From Bacteroidales bacterium (lineage in GTDB: Bacteria > Bacteroidota > Bacteroidia > Bacteroidales > UBA10428): a DNA stretch of 64,000 nt. The stretch covers positions 31,294-95,293 of the forward strand of contig JBNKCO010000003.1 of the NCBI GenBank assembly GCA_050287785.1. The letters run 5' to 3'. The notes beneath the pieces were generated by a model that was given only the letters and a program-made list of their open reading frames with translations, was not told the origin of the DNA and ran no database searches. This document shows, one piece after another, positions 50,764 to 60,585 of this stretch. Every line of letters starts with the position of its first letter. The stretch's first letter is position 1. A program made the translations under genes and the position numbers.

Positions 50764-52056
50764 ATGAAATACCAGCATATTTCAAATACTTTTTTCTCAG
50801 AGAACAGAAAAAATTTTGCAAGCAGAATGAATAGGAATACAATAGCTATTCTTACTTCAAATGATATAAAGCATACGAATGCAGATGATATCATGGGGTT
50901 TGCGCAAAACAACGATTTGTTTTACTTATCGGGCATTGATCAGGAAGAAACAGTTCTTTTATTATACCCAGATGCCTATAAAGAAGAGTTTCGTGAAATA
51001 CTCTTTGTGAGAGAAACGAACGAAACAATTAAAATTTGGGAAGGTGATAAGCTTGATAAGGAACAGGCAACAGCAATTTCAGGTATTTCTCGGGTAGAGT
51101 GGGTAACCGATTTTGAAAAGATTTTGCAACTTGTAGCATTTGAAGCCGACGGATTTTATTTAGGGCATAATGAGCATATAAAACGTGTAACTAACGATCA
51201 ACAGACACGGCAAGATAGGATGATAGAATGGTGTAGGCAGAAATACCCCTTGCATAATTATCATCGTGCAGCCAAAATCACACGAGAATTACGTCAGATA
51301 AAGTCGCCGGAAGAATCTGAACTCATTCAAAAAGCTGCAAATATAAGTGTGGATTCATTTGAGCGTTTATTAAGAGTTGCCAAACCAGGTATAATGGAAT
51401 ATGAACTCGAAGCGGAATTAATTTATAATCTCACCAAAAAAGGTGGCACCCGACATGCATTTAAACCAATTGTTGCCTCAGGAGCCAATGCATGTGCATT
51501 GCATTATGTTACGAATGATGATGTTTGTAAAGATGGCGAAATGGTTCTTATGGATTTTGGTGTTTGTTATGCAAACTACAACAGCGATACAACACGTTGT
51601 TTCCCGATAAATGGAAAATTTTCTGAGCGACAAAAAGAAGTATATACTGCTGTATTACATTGTTTAAAAGAGGGAAGTAAATTGCTAAAGCCTGGAGTTG
51701 TGCCTGCTGATTATGAAAAACAAATGGCAAAATTAGTTGAAGAGCAATTGATAAAGTTAAGACTATTAGATTCTGAAGGTATTGCTAAACAGGATCCCAA
51801 AAATCCTCTTTATAAGAAATATTTTATGCATGGCACTGCTCATCATATTGGTCTTGATGTGCACGATGTAGGTCTTTATTCCAGAAGAATTGAGCCGGGA
51901 ATGGTTCTAACTTGTGAGCCAGGGATATATATACCAGAAGAGGGGATTGGTTGTCGGTTGGAAAACGATTATCTGATTACAGAAAGTGGTAACCTTAATT
52001 TGACTAGGGCAATGCCAATTGAAATTGAAGAAATAGAAGCTATAATGAATAGTTAG
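50764..52056 (+). CDS. pepP: Xaa-Pro aminopeptidase (M24B)
   Basis: YLSGIDQEET, IVASGANACALHY, DFG...SDTTR, HGTAHHIGLDVHD, TCEPG, RLEND. Confidence 0.92.
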   Translation: MKYQHISNTFFSENRKNFASRMNRNTIAILTSNDIKHTNADDIMGFAQNNDLFYLSGIDQEETVLLLYPDAYKEEFREILFVRETNETIKIWEGDKLDKEQATAISGISRVEWVTDFEKILQLVAFEADGFYLGHNEHIKRVTNDQQTRQDRMIEWCRQKYPLHNYHRAAKITRELRQIKSPEESELIQKAANISVDSFERLLRVAKPGIMEYELEAELIYNLTKKGGTRHAFKPIVASGANACALHYVTNDDVCKDGEMVLMDFGVCYANYNSDTTRCFPINGKFSERQKEVYTAVLHCLKEGSKLLKPGVVPADYEKQMAKLVEEQLIKLRLLDSEGIAKQDPKNPLYKKYFMHGTAHHIGLDVHDVGLYSRRIEPGMVLTCEPGIYIPEEGIGCRLENDYLITESGNLNLTRAMPIEIEEIEAIMNS

Positions 52057-52353
52057 ATTGTTACACTGTGTTTCTTTATTAGAGTTTTTCTGCTATTTGT
52101 TTGCGATAAGATTTTCATATAAACAAGCTTTATTGGTGGATCATAATAATTGTTATTACAGATAAGGAAATTGGTGCAACAGTTTCATAATTGCATTATT
52201 TCAAATACATTGATTCGATAGATTCTTCAGCCTAATACTCACTTTTCATTTGGTGTAAATTAAGTTCGCGCGATTATTTCATTGAAATAGAATGTTTTAT
52301 GTTTATTGTCAGTGGCAAAATATTTTTGCATGGGAAAGAAAATTCACTCTTAT

Positions 52354-52432
52354 GTAAAATAAACTTGACAATTAGTATAAAATAGTTAACTTTGCGTATG
52401 AAATATTATACAATTAGTTAAAAATGTTGTAC
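52354..52432 (+). promoter_or_regulatory. Four phased GT-N12-AC operator-like boxes overlapping a -7 promoter
   Basis: Boxes start at 52354, 52375, 52396 and 52417 (21-bp period); TAACTTTG at 52387-52394. Confidence 0.7.
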
Positions 52433-52448
52433 TAAACAGAAAGAAGCC

Positions 52449-52895
52449 ATGACTTATCAGGAAAAACAAAACATTGTAAACATTTGTAGCGGATTGCTAA
52501 TTACAGCTATCTATGGTTTGCTAATTTATCAGAGGCATCAACAAGGAAAAGTAAACCTAACAGAAGACTTTCGTGCGTGGGGGGTAATATTCCTCATATT
52601 TATTGGCGTGTCAATTGTGGCTCGTATCATTATCTATATTATTTTCCATATCATTAATGCTATTGCAACTAAAGAAGAGGAGCTTCCCATAACAGATGAA
52701 AGAGATAAGCTTATTAAACTGAAATCTACAAGAAACTCGCATAGAGCATATACTCTTAGTTTAATGTTTGTATTCGTATTTCTGGCAATCGGAATGCCAA
52801 TTTATGGCGTTTTCATTTTTTTTATTGTAAGTGGACTTATTTCAGAAATAATTGACAATAGCTCACAAATATATTACCACCGAAAGGGTATCTGA
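52449..52895 (+). CDS. 4-TM membrane protein (DUF2178-like)
   Basis: TM helices flanking DERDKLI motif; upstream of an XRE gene. Confidence 0.7.
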   Translation: MTYQEKQNIVNICSGLLITAIYGLLIYQRHQQGKVNLTEDFRAWGVIFLIFIGVSIVARIIIYIIFHIINAIATKEEELPITDERDKLIKLKSTRNSHRAYTLSLMFVFVFLAIGMPIYGVFIFFIVSGLISEIIDNSSQIYYHRKGI

Positions 52896-52896
52896 T

Positions 52897-53136
52897 ATGG
52901 GCAAATGTAGTATTCAAAATAATATTCGCAGACTCAGATTCAATGCTGATGAAATGACTCAGCAGCAACTAGCCGATGAGGCAGGTGTATCTCGCCAGAC
53001 AATTATCGCAATTGAGAAGGGGAATTATTCTCCATCGTTAGAATTAGCATTTCGTATAGCGCACATATTTAAAACTGCCTTAGAAGATGTATTTACTTAT
53101 GAGCCGGAAGAAGGTAAAAAAAAAACTAAGAAGTAA
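52897..53136 (+). CDS. XRE/HTH_3 family transcriptional regulator
   Basis: MTQQQLADEAGVSRQTIIAIEKGNYSPSLELAFRIA. Confidence 0.93.
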   Translation: MGKCSIQNNIRRLRFNADEMTQQQLADEAGVSRQTIIAIEKGNYSPSLELAFRIAHIFKTALEDVFTYEPEEGKKKTKK

Positions 53137-53141
53137 CTAGA

Positions 53142-54071
53142 ATGAAAGCAATTGTATGTCCAAAATATGGACCGCCTGAAGTCCTTCAGCTTAAAGAGCT
53201 CGAAAAACCAACTCCAAAAAACCATGAAGTGTGCATCAAGAATTATGCAACGGCAGTAACCGCCAGCGACATATTTGTTCGAGGTTCAAAATTACCACTG
53301 TTTATATGGCTTTCAATGCGACTTATGTTAGGTCTTACAAAACCTAGAAAACCTATAATTGGATTAATAGTAGCTGGAGAAATTGATTCGGTAGGTAAAC
53401 AAGTAAAGCAATTTAAAAAAGGAGATCAGGTATATGGTTTTACGGGATTTGCTTTTGGCGCATATGCAGAATATACATGTATGTCAGAAAAAGAATCCAC
53501 CTTCGGTTGCCTGGCTATAAAACCTGCAAACATTAGCTACGAAGAAGCTGCAGCAGTAGCATATGGTGCAATACTTGCAAGTCACTATGTAAAACTTGGA
53601 AATATACAGAAAGGACAAAGAGTTCTAATCTACGGTGCATCTGGAGCAATAGGTACAATGGCAGTGCAGCTTGCCAAACATATAGGTGCAGAAGTAACAG
53701 GTGTATGTAGTACATCAAATGTAGAATTGGTAAAATCGTTAGGAGCCGGGAAAGTAATTGATTACACAAAGCAAAATACACTGAGCAAAGCAGATAGCTA
53801 TGATTTTATCCTTGATGCTGTAGGAAAAAGCAAAAGTTCGAAACTGAAACAGTTATGCAAAAAAGCACTTGCTCCTGACGGGCAATACATTTCAGTTGAT
53901 AATGGTACACCAAAACTTACAGCCGAGTATCTTGTTGAAACAAAAGAGTTAATAGAAGCAGGACTTATTGTTCCAGTAATTGATAGAAGTTATTCGTTGG
54001 AACAAATTGTTGAAGCTCACAGATATGTTGAAAAGGGTCATAAAAAGGGGAATGTTGTAATTTCAATTTGA
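53142..54071 (+). CDS. NAD(P)-dependent MDR-family (quinone oxidoreductase-like) dehydrogenase
   Basis: YGPPEVL, GAYAEY, VLIYGASGAIG, GHKKGNVVI. Confidence 0.9.
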   Translation: MKAIVCPKYGPPEVLQLKELEKPTPKNHEVCIKNYATAVTASDIFVRGSKLPLFIWLSMRLMLGLTKPRKPIIGLIVAGEIDSVGKQVKQFKKGDQVYGFTGFAFGAYAEYTCMSEKESTFGCLAIKPANISYEEAAAVAYGAILASHYVKLGNIQKGQRVLIYGASGAIGTMAVQLAKHIGAEVTGVCSTSNVELVKSLGAGKVIDYTKQNTLSKADSYDFILDAVGKSKSSKLKQLCKKALAPDGQYISVDNGTPKLTAEYLVETKELIEAGLIVPVIDRSYSLEQIVEAHRYVEKGHKKGNVVISI

Positions 54072-54185
54072 TGCTTAGAATAAACGCTGTTTCCCGGAAC
54101 ATGGTGGCTCAAAGATTATTTTACCACTATAAAGTAACAAATCATGATAACAATGCGTCATAAACTAGAAAAGAAAGAATCTAAA

Positions 54186-54848
54186 ATGAAGAAAATAATT
54201 AAATTCGGAGAAGATGTTGAAGGATACAACATCCCAGTTTTAAATGAACGAGAAATACGAGCCGCTGCTGGAATACTATTTCTGGCAACATTCACCTCAT
54301 TGATGGTTATTATTTTTACTGGAAATTTCGTGCCAATTAAGTATGTAATAACTCTGTTTCTCACAGATTTCATAATAAGGGTTTTTATAAGTCCGAAATA
54401 TTCTCCAACATTAATAATTGGACGTTTGATAGTTAGCAGGCAGAACCCGGAATATGTCGGGGCTGTTCAAAAAAAGTTTGCATGGATAATAGGAGTTTTT
54501 CTGGCTGCAACCATGTTTGTTCTTATGGTTGTAGTGAATTCATATAGTCCAATTACTGGTATTATTTGTCTTATTTGCTTAATATTTTTATTCTTTGAAT
54601 CAGCTTTTGGAATTTGTTTAGGATGTAAATTTTATCCACTATTCTTTAAAGAAAAGGTGCAATACTGTCCTGGTGAAGTTTGCGATGTTAAAGCGAAACA
54701 AGATATTCAAAAAACATCTATAGCTCAGTTATTGGTTATTTTGGCATTTGTTGCATACATTTTTCTTGCAGGCTATTTTTTTAACGATAATTTTAGTAAA
54801 AAGCCCTATGATTTATTTGGTATAGACAACACGGAACAAACACAATAA
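54186..54848 (+). CDS. DUF4395 family membrane protein
   Basis: NEREIRAAAG, QKKFAW, ESAFGICLGC, CPGEVC. Confidence 0.8.
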   Translation: MKKIIKFGEDVEGYNIPVLNEREIRAAAGILFLATFTSLMVIIFTGNFVPIKYVITLFLTDFIIRVFISPKYSPTLIIGRLIVSRQNPEYVGAVQKKFAWIIGVFLAATMFVLMVVVNSYSPITGIICLICLIFLFFESAFGICLGCKFYPLFFKEKVQYCPGEVCDVKAKQDIQKTSIAQLLVILAFVAYIFLAGYFFNDNFSKKPYDLFGIDNTEQTQ

Positions 54849-55199
54849 TACAAAGCAATTTTATGATATTTTTTAGATTTTTAGTATGAGTAAGAATGCT
54901 CAAGGCTAAGCTTTGGCGACCTAGCCAGGCTTCAAATGAGGAATTAGTGAGTTTTTACAGATTTTTCTATAGGTATTTCTTGCAAATACAGATTTTTTTG
55001 TCAACAATGAAATTGAAAGAAAGAATGTTGAAAGAGCCTATATCGCTATTATATTAAGGATTGCAATGATACACAACCTTATTACGCTATACCTCTAAAA
55101 AAAATATTTGCATAATTATTAAATTTATTTCTCAGAAAACAATTAAAAAAGAAGTTATAATACTAGCTTTGTATATTATATAAATTTAAATTTTTAATC

Positions 55200-55391
55200 A
55201 TGAGTAACGGTACAGTAAAGTTTTTTAATAATTCTAAAGGTTATGGTTTCATCACTCCCGATGATGGAAGCAAAGATGTATTTGTGCATCAAAATGGTTT
55301 AACTGATAACATAACTGAAGGTGATAAAGTAAGTTATGATGTTGAAGAAGGTCAAAAAGGATTAAATGCAGTTAACGTCAAAGTAATATAA
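55200..55391 (+). CDS. Cold-shock protein
   Basis: GTVKFFN, KGYGFI (RNP1), VFVH (RNP2). Confidence 0.96.
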   Translation: MSNGTVKFFNNSKGYGFITPDDGSKDVFVHQNGLTDNITEGDKVSYDVEEGQKGLNAVNVKVI

Positions 55392-55420
55392 TATTATTTG
55401 TTGACTTACTAGTATTAAAG

Positions 55421-55450
55421 AAGCCTGTCAATATTGACTGGCTTTTTTTT
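55421..55450 (+). terminator. Terminator of the cold-shock gene
   Basis: AAGCCTGTCA-ATAT-TGACTGGCTT followed by a poly-T tail. Confidence 0.8.
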
Positions 55451-55633
55451 GGAAAAAACTTTTCTTGCCTGATTAATACTTTACTTTGTATATTAGTTTT
55501 GTTCGCTCATAACGTTTAAATATTTCATGTCGTTTGTGAGCTTAAGGTCCATGGGTATAGTAGCACAACAGATGTATCCAGATAATTAAAAGTCTGGCCC
55601 CAAACTGAACTATCATAAAAAACCAATTTATTG

Positions 55634-56854
55634 TTAAGCTAAAAAATCGCCAGGTATATCTGCCAATCTTTTAATATCACTTATTTTTTCTTTAACATCG
55701 AAGCCCATCGGGCAATTCACATTGCAGGTCAAACAACCTGAACAAGCGTTAGAAGCTATTTTAGCATACTCAATTGTTTGTTTTGCATGCGTAAGATTTC
55801 TGTATCCATAGGCATACATATAGCTGCGCATGGCGGTTGGAATATCTAAGGACTCAACACATGATGAAACACATTGTCCACACTGTTGACAATATACTCC
55901 TTGAGTATGCCCGCGGCTTGCAAGTTTAAGGTCAGACTTTTCTTCATCGGATAAAATAAGGTCGTTCATCAATCCAATGTTTTGTTGAAGTTGATCAAAG
56001 CTTGTTACTCCAGGTACCGTGGTGTGGACATTTTCATCGTTCAGAACCCATTTAAGCGCAGCTTTTGTATTTATTGCTTGCGTTTTCTCTTTGTCCCAAA
56101 ATGCTCCGGCCATAGTTTTCATAGCAATTATTCCCATGCCTGCACTTGAAGCTTCAGCAATGGCTTCTTTTATTTTCTGATTATTCTGATGTTTAAAGTT
56201 GTAAGCAGTCATTACAACATCATAGAGTTGAGTTTCAACAGCTGCGCGAATAGCTTCGCTTTCCCAACTATGAGTTGCTATGCCCACATATTTAGCTTTT
56301 CCACTTGCTTTTATTTCTTCCATTGCAGAAAGAAGAGGTTTAAAGAAAATTGATTCGCGTTTTGCGGCAAAGGGTAAAAGAAAGATATCTATATAATCAA
56401 GGTCAAGTCGTTCCAGACATCCATCAAATTTTCGCAAGAAAGATTCTTTAGTAGAGGCTTCTGTATACAAGCCTTCTTTATAATTTACGCCTTGGGGATT
56501 AGCACTAGTCATTATTAAAAATGAATCACGTTTTCTTCCTTTAATAACCTCGCTAATAACTTTTTCGTTTTGGCCGTTGCCGTAATATTCCGATGTAGCT
56601 AGCAACTTGATTCCTGAATCCAAGGCAGCACCCAATAGTTTTTTATTGTTGGTATCACCGGCACCCATGCTTACAATTGGAACATCGATTCCTGTTTTTC
56701 CAAGTTTACGATACACCATTTTATTTTCACTAAAAGTCGAGGGTTTTTCTTTTGTGATATTTCCCATAGCACTTGGCACTATTGCGGCACCAGCAGCGCC
56801 CACGATTCCTTTTTTTATAAAGCTTCGTCGGTTTTGGTTTATTTTTTGTTCCAT
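55634..56854 (-). CDS. Tat-signal aldo/keto reductase with C-terminal 4Fe-4S motifs
   Basis: NRRSFIK Tat motif; YRKLGKTG, YGNGQNE, GIATH, AMKT; CQQCGQCVSSC and CSGCLTCNVNC. Confidence 0.88.
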   Translation of the reverse strand: MEQKINQNRRSFIKKGIVGAAGAAIVPSAMGNITKEKPSTFSENKMVYRKLGKTGIDVPIVSMGAGDTNNKKLLGAALDSGIKLLATSEYYGNGQNEKVISEVIKGRKRDSFLIMTSANPQGVNYKEGLYTEASTKESFLRKFDGCLERLDLDYIDIFLLPFAAKRESIFFKPLLSAMEEIKASGKAKYVGIATHSWESEAIRAAVETQLYDVVMTAYNFKHQNNQKIKEAIAEASSAGMGIIAMKTMAGAFWDKEKTQAINTKAALKWVLNDENVHTTVPGVTSFDQLQQNIGLMNDLILSDEEKSDLKLASRGHTQGVYCQQCGQCVSSCVESLDIPTAMRSYMYAYGYRNLTHAKQTIEYAKIASNACSGCLTCNVNCPMGFDVKEKISDIKRLADIPGDFLA

Positions 56855-57055
56855 TATACGAGGTTTTGTTAAATATTTTGGAAAGGAAAACAAGTTACAA
56901 ATTCCTGTGAAATAATTTTATAGCACTGTTACATTAAACTATTTTTAACAGATGCTTATTTGTCATTCTTAACAAGAAAAGATTTTCAGAAGGAATATTT
57001 TCAGGTATTAATTTCACTTTATTATTGGAGAAGTGAAAGAAAACCTTTCTTAATT

Positions 57056-57949
57056 CTACTTGCTTTTCTTTTTATAGTACATTACAACTAAGGAAAGGGC
57101 AACCATTGTCATACCTGCCAGAATAATACCTTCAGGATGCTCATTGGGTAGAATGATCCAACTTAATATTACTCCAAGTACAGGAATTATAAATTTCCAA
57201 ACATTAATTTCAGAGACTTTAATGCCCGGAGTTTTCAGAACAATAAACCAAAGAGAGAACCCAATAGAACCTATTAGACTTAACCAAAGTAGAGCCAGAT
57301 AAAATTCAAAAGGTTTTGATTCAAGTTGACCTGTTTCGAAAATCATCGATAGGATAAGTATTCCTAACCCACCTGTCATGAGTTGAATTGAGTTTAGAAA
57401 AACAGGGTTGATTTCAATTTTATTGTTTGAAATGAGAATATTTCCAAAGCTGCCCGAAAAATTTGCAAGTATCAGAATGCTAAATCCCAGCATAGAAAAT
57501 TCAGCAGACATAAGTCCGCCAAACCGCCCCAAGGCAATAATTGCAATTCCAGAGAACCCGGTTAAAATTGCTAAAACCTTGCGTTTTGTTAGAGCTTCAT
57601 TATTTATAAATCGGGCAAAAATAGCAATAAACAAAGGCCCCGCTCCAATAATAAGCGCAGTAACCGAAGCCGAAACCATACTAATACCTATATGGAAGAG
57701 GCTGTATAGAGTAAAGGTTGAAAAGAAACTAATTTTAAGAACAGACCACTTGTTTTTCCAGATTGTTTTGAAGTTTGCTCGATAGTTCTTACAAAACGGA
57801 AGAATTAGTAACCCAGCAATAAAAAATCGTAATCCGGCAAGGTGTAATGGAGTAGTATATCGAAGGCCTATTTTTATACCAACGAATGCTGTTGACCATA
57901 CGATGCAGGCTAGAATGGCTAATAATATACTTCGATTTTTGATTTGCAT
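57056..57949 (-). CDS. DMT/EamA family transporter
   Basis: WSTAFVGIK, about 10 TM helices, WKFIIPVLGVILSW. Confidence 0.9.
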   Translation of the reverse strand: MQIKNRSILLAILACIVWSTAFVGIKIGLRYTTPLHLAGLRFFIAGLLILPFCKNYRANFKTIWKNKWSVLKISFFSTFTLYSLFHIGISMVSASVTALIIGAGPLFIAIFARFINNEALTKRKVLAILTGFSGIAIIALGRFGGLMSAEFSMLGFSILILANFSGSFGNILISNNKIEINPVFLNSIQLMTGGLGILILSMIFETGQLESKPFEFYLALLWLSLIGSIGFSLWFIVLKTPGIKVSEINVWKFIIPVLGVILSWIILPNEHPEGIILAGMTMVALSLVVMYYKKKSK

Positions 57950-58069
57950 AGGTATCTTTCGAATTGCAAAGAAAACCAAATAAAATAAAATTTCTCTGAA
58001 AAGCAACTATGGTTTTCCCTCGTTGTCATTAATAGCAAAACCAGAAACCAAAATTTAATTCTAGAAACC

Positions 58070-60403
58070 ATGAAGATGAAGCTATTTTTAGCTTGTGGGA
58101 TACTATTGTCCCTATTTTTAAGCTCAGCAAATACACAAACACTAAAACAAACCATTCGGGGAACAATTCAGGATGCAGATTCTAAAATGCCTCTAATTGG
58201 AGTTACCCTTTTAATTGATGGTAGCGATCCAATTATTGGCACAGTAACAGATCCCGATGGTAACTTCATATTTTCTGAATTACCTATAGGTAGATACAAT
58301 GTGATAGTTAACTATCTCGGATACGAAACTCAGGTTATTCCAAATGTATTAATTGGATCAGGAAAGCAGGCTGTTTTAAATGTTGCTCTTACAGAATCTG
58401 TCACCTCACTTGATGCTGTAGTAGTTAAAGCAAATCAAAACAAGGGAGAGGCCCTGAATGATATGGCAGCCGTGAGTGCCAGGTCTTTTACTGTAGAAGA
58501 AACCCAGCGGTTTGCCGGTAGTTTCAATGACCCTTCAAGAATGGTAACTTCATATGCAGGAGTAGTGGGTGACTCTGATGGCGATAATAGTATAATTATC
58601 CGGGGAAATTCTCCATGCGGGTTACTTTGGAGAGTTGAGGGAGTTGATGTCCCAAATCCGAATCATTTTTCAGAAGAAGGCTCAACGGGTGGGCCAATAA
58701 GCATTCTAAACAGCACAACATTAGCTAATTCCGATTTTTTAACCGGAGCCTTTCCTGCAGACTATGGCGATGCTTATTCCGGCGTTTTTGATATAAAACT
58801 CCGAAAAGGGAACAATGAGAAACGTGAATACACTGTTCAAGCTGGAGTAATAGGTGTGGAACTAGCAGCAGAAGGTCCCTTTTCTTCAAAGAGTAATGGG
58901 TCGTATTTAGTAAATTATCGCTATTCATCAATTGATATCTTGAATAAAATTGGAGTAGATGTTGCCGGTGATGCAGTTCCAAAATTCCAGGACATAACAT
59001 TTAATGTTGATTTGCCAACAAATAAGTTTGGTCACTTTCAGGTATTTGGAATCGGAGGTAATAGTAAAATCAAATACGATGAACCAACTTGGTCCAATGT
59101 TTTTAGCCAATACATGTCAGTTGTTGGGGTGAATCATATATTGCCAGTCTCAAAAAAGATTTATCTAAAAACCTCTTTTGCTGTATCAGGTTCGTTTAGC
59201 GATTGGGACTACAAAGAAAGAAACGATGAAACAAGTGAAATGGAGCTTCATGGTAGCGACAGGTTGGACTATGTAAATTTTCGAGGGGCAATGGATATCT
59301 CATATAAACTTTCAGCAAAAAACTCATTCAAAGCTGGAGCTTCTATTTATTCAAAACAGTACGATTTATTAGCGGACCTGTATAATTACGATGATGACGA
59401 ACTCAATAATGTATTGGATGAATCTGGAGGTTCTGAGCTGGCGCAAGCATATTTAGCATGGAAGTTCCGACCTATCCAAACACTAACATTTAATGCAGGA
59501 CTTCACTATACATATTTAAACCTGAATGGCAACCTTGCTCTTGAACCTCGATTAGGACTTCGTTGGCAGTTTGCCCCGCAACATGCTTTTTCTGCCGGCT
59601 TTGGAAAACACAGTAAAATGGAGAATATTTCTTTTTATATGGCAAAAGTAAAACAGGAAGATGGAACTTTTAATCAACCAAATAGGAACCTGGATTTTAT
59701 TCGTGCAAATCATTATGTGTTTGGCTATGAATACAGAATTTCAACAAACATGAATTTGAAAGTAGAAGCTTATTATCAGGATTTGTATGACGTGCCTGTT
59801 GAAGATGATTCATCAAGTGTTAATTCAGCATTAAACATGAGCGATGGTTATATTTTCGAACCTTTCAGTAACAGTGGATACGGTAAGAATTATGGAGCAG
59901 AAATTACACTCGAAAAGTTTTTTAGTAGAAATTATTACTTTCTATTTACATCGTCTCTGTACAATTCTAAGTTCAAACCATTAGATGGGATTGAAAGAAA
60001 TTCCAGGTTTAATGGCAGGTTTGTTTTTAATCTTGTTGGTGGAAAAGAAATACCTATGGGTAAGAATAAGAACAATGCGCTTGCATTTAATGTAAGAGCT
60101 ACATATGCAGGGGGTCAATATTATTCACCGATAGATCCAGTGCAATCAGCAGATAAGGAATATACTGTTAGACCAATTGAGACTGCCTTCTCGAAAACAC
60201 GACCTGACTATTTTCGTGCCGATCTAAAAGTCAGTTTCAGAAGAAATAAAACAAAATCAACACGTATTTGGGAGTTAGACCTTCAGAATGTTTCCAACAC
60301 CTTAAATATTACTGGCGATTTCTGGGATAACGATGACATGGAAATTGTTGAGTATACCCAATTAGGTTTATTACCTATTTTGAGTTATAGGATTGAGTTT
60401 TAG
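58070..60403 (+). CDS. TonB-dependent receptor with CarboxypepD_reg-like N-terminal domain
   Basis: Signal peptide; IRGTIQD...TDPDGNF; plug NDPSR...IIIRGNSP; terminal YRIEF. Confidence 0.92.
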   Translation: MKMKLFLACGILLSLFLSSANTQTLKQTIRGTIQDADSKMPLIGVTLLIDGSDPIIGTVTDPDGNFIFSELPIGRYNVIVNYLGYETQVIPNVLIGSGKQAVLNVALTESVTSLDAVVVKANQNKGEALNDMAAVSARSFTVEETQRFAGSFNDPSRMVTSYAGVVGDSDGDNSIIIRGNSPCGLLWRVEGVDVPNPNHFSEEGSTGGPISILNSTTLANSDFLTGAFPADYGDAYSGVFDIKLRKGNNEKREYTVQAGVIGVELAAEGPFSSKSNGSYLVNYRYSSIDILNKIGVDVAGDAVPKFQDITFNVDLPTNKFGHFQVFGIGGNSKIKYDEPTWSNVFSQYMSVVGVNHILPVSKKIYLKTSFAVSGSFSDWDYKERNDETSEMELHGSDRLDYVNFRGAMDISYKLSAKNSFKAGASIYSKQYDLLADLYNYDDDELNNVLDESGGSELAQAYLAWKFRPIQTLTFNAGLHYTYLNLNGNLALEPRLGLRWQFAPQHAFSAGFGKHSKMENISFYMAKVKQEDGTFNQPNRNLDFIRANHYVFGYEYRISTNMNLKVEAYYQDLYDVPVEDDSSSVNSALNMSDGYIFEPFSNSGYGKNYGAEITLEKFFSRNYYFLFTSSLYNSKFKPLDGIERNSRFNGRFVFNLVGGKEIPMGKNKNNALAFNVRATYAGGQYYSPIDPVQSADKEYTVRPIETAFSKTRPDYFRADLKVSFRRNKTKSTRIWELDLQNVSNTLNITGDFWDNDDMEIVEYTQLGLLPILSYRIEF

Positions 60404-60463
60404 AAAAAGAAATTTCAAAAGTATTGTTCTATAGACAGAACTTCGTTGGTAGTGTTCTGGTTT

Positions 60464-60498
60464 TTCCGGTCCGAGTATAATATCGGATCGGAATTTTT
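60464..60498 (+). terminator. Terminator of the TonB-dependent receptor gene
   Basis: TTCCGGTCCGA/TCGGATCGGAA stem followed by a T-tract. Confidence 0.7.
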
Positions 60499-60585
60499 CG
60501 TTTTATTGAGATATCGAATATACCTTTTTGATGCCTTAACTAATTTGGCTATTTTTGGCTCAATCATGAAAAAGATAATGTTTTA

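Noticed and set aside
52354-52432. Mini CRISPR array
   Set aside because: The 21-bp period is far too short, the units are degenerate, there are no cas genes, and the array overlaps a promoter.
55505-55541. GCTCATAACG...CGTTTGTGAGC hairpin as an attC-like cassette site
   Set aside because: Single short copy, no integrase or cassette array nearby.
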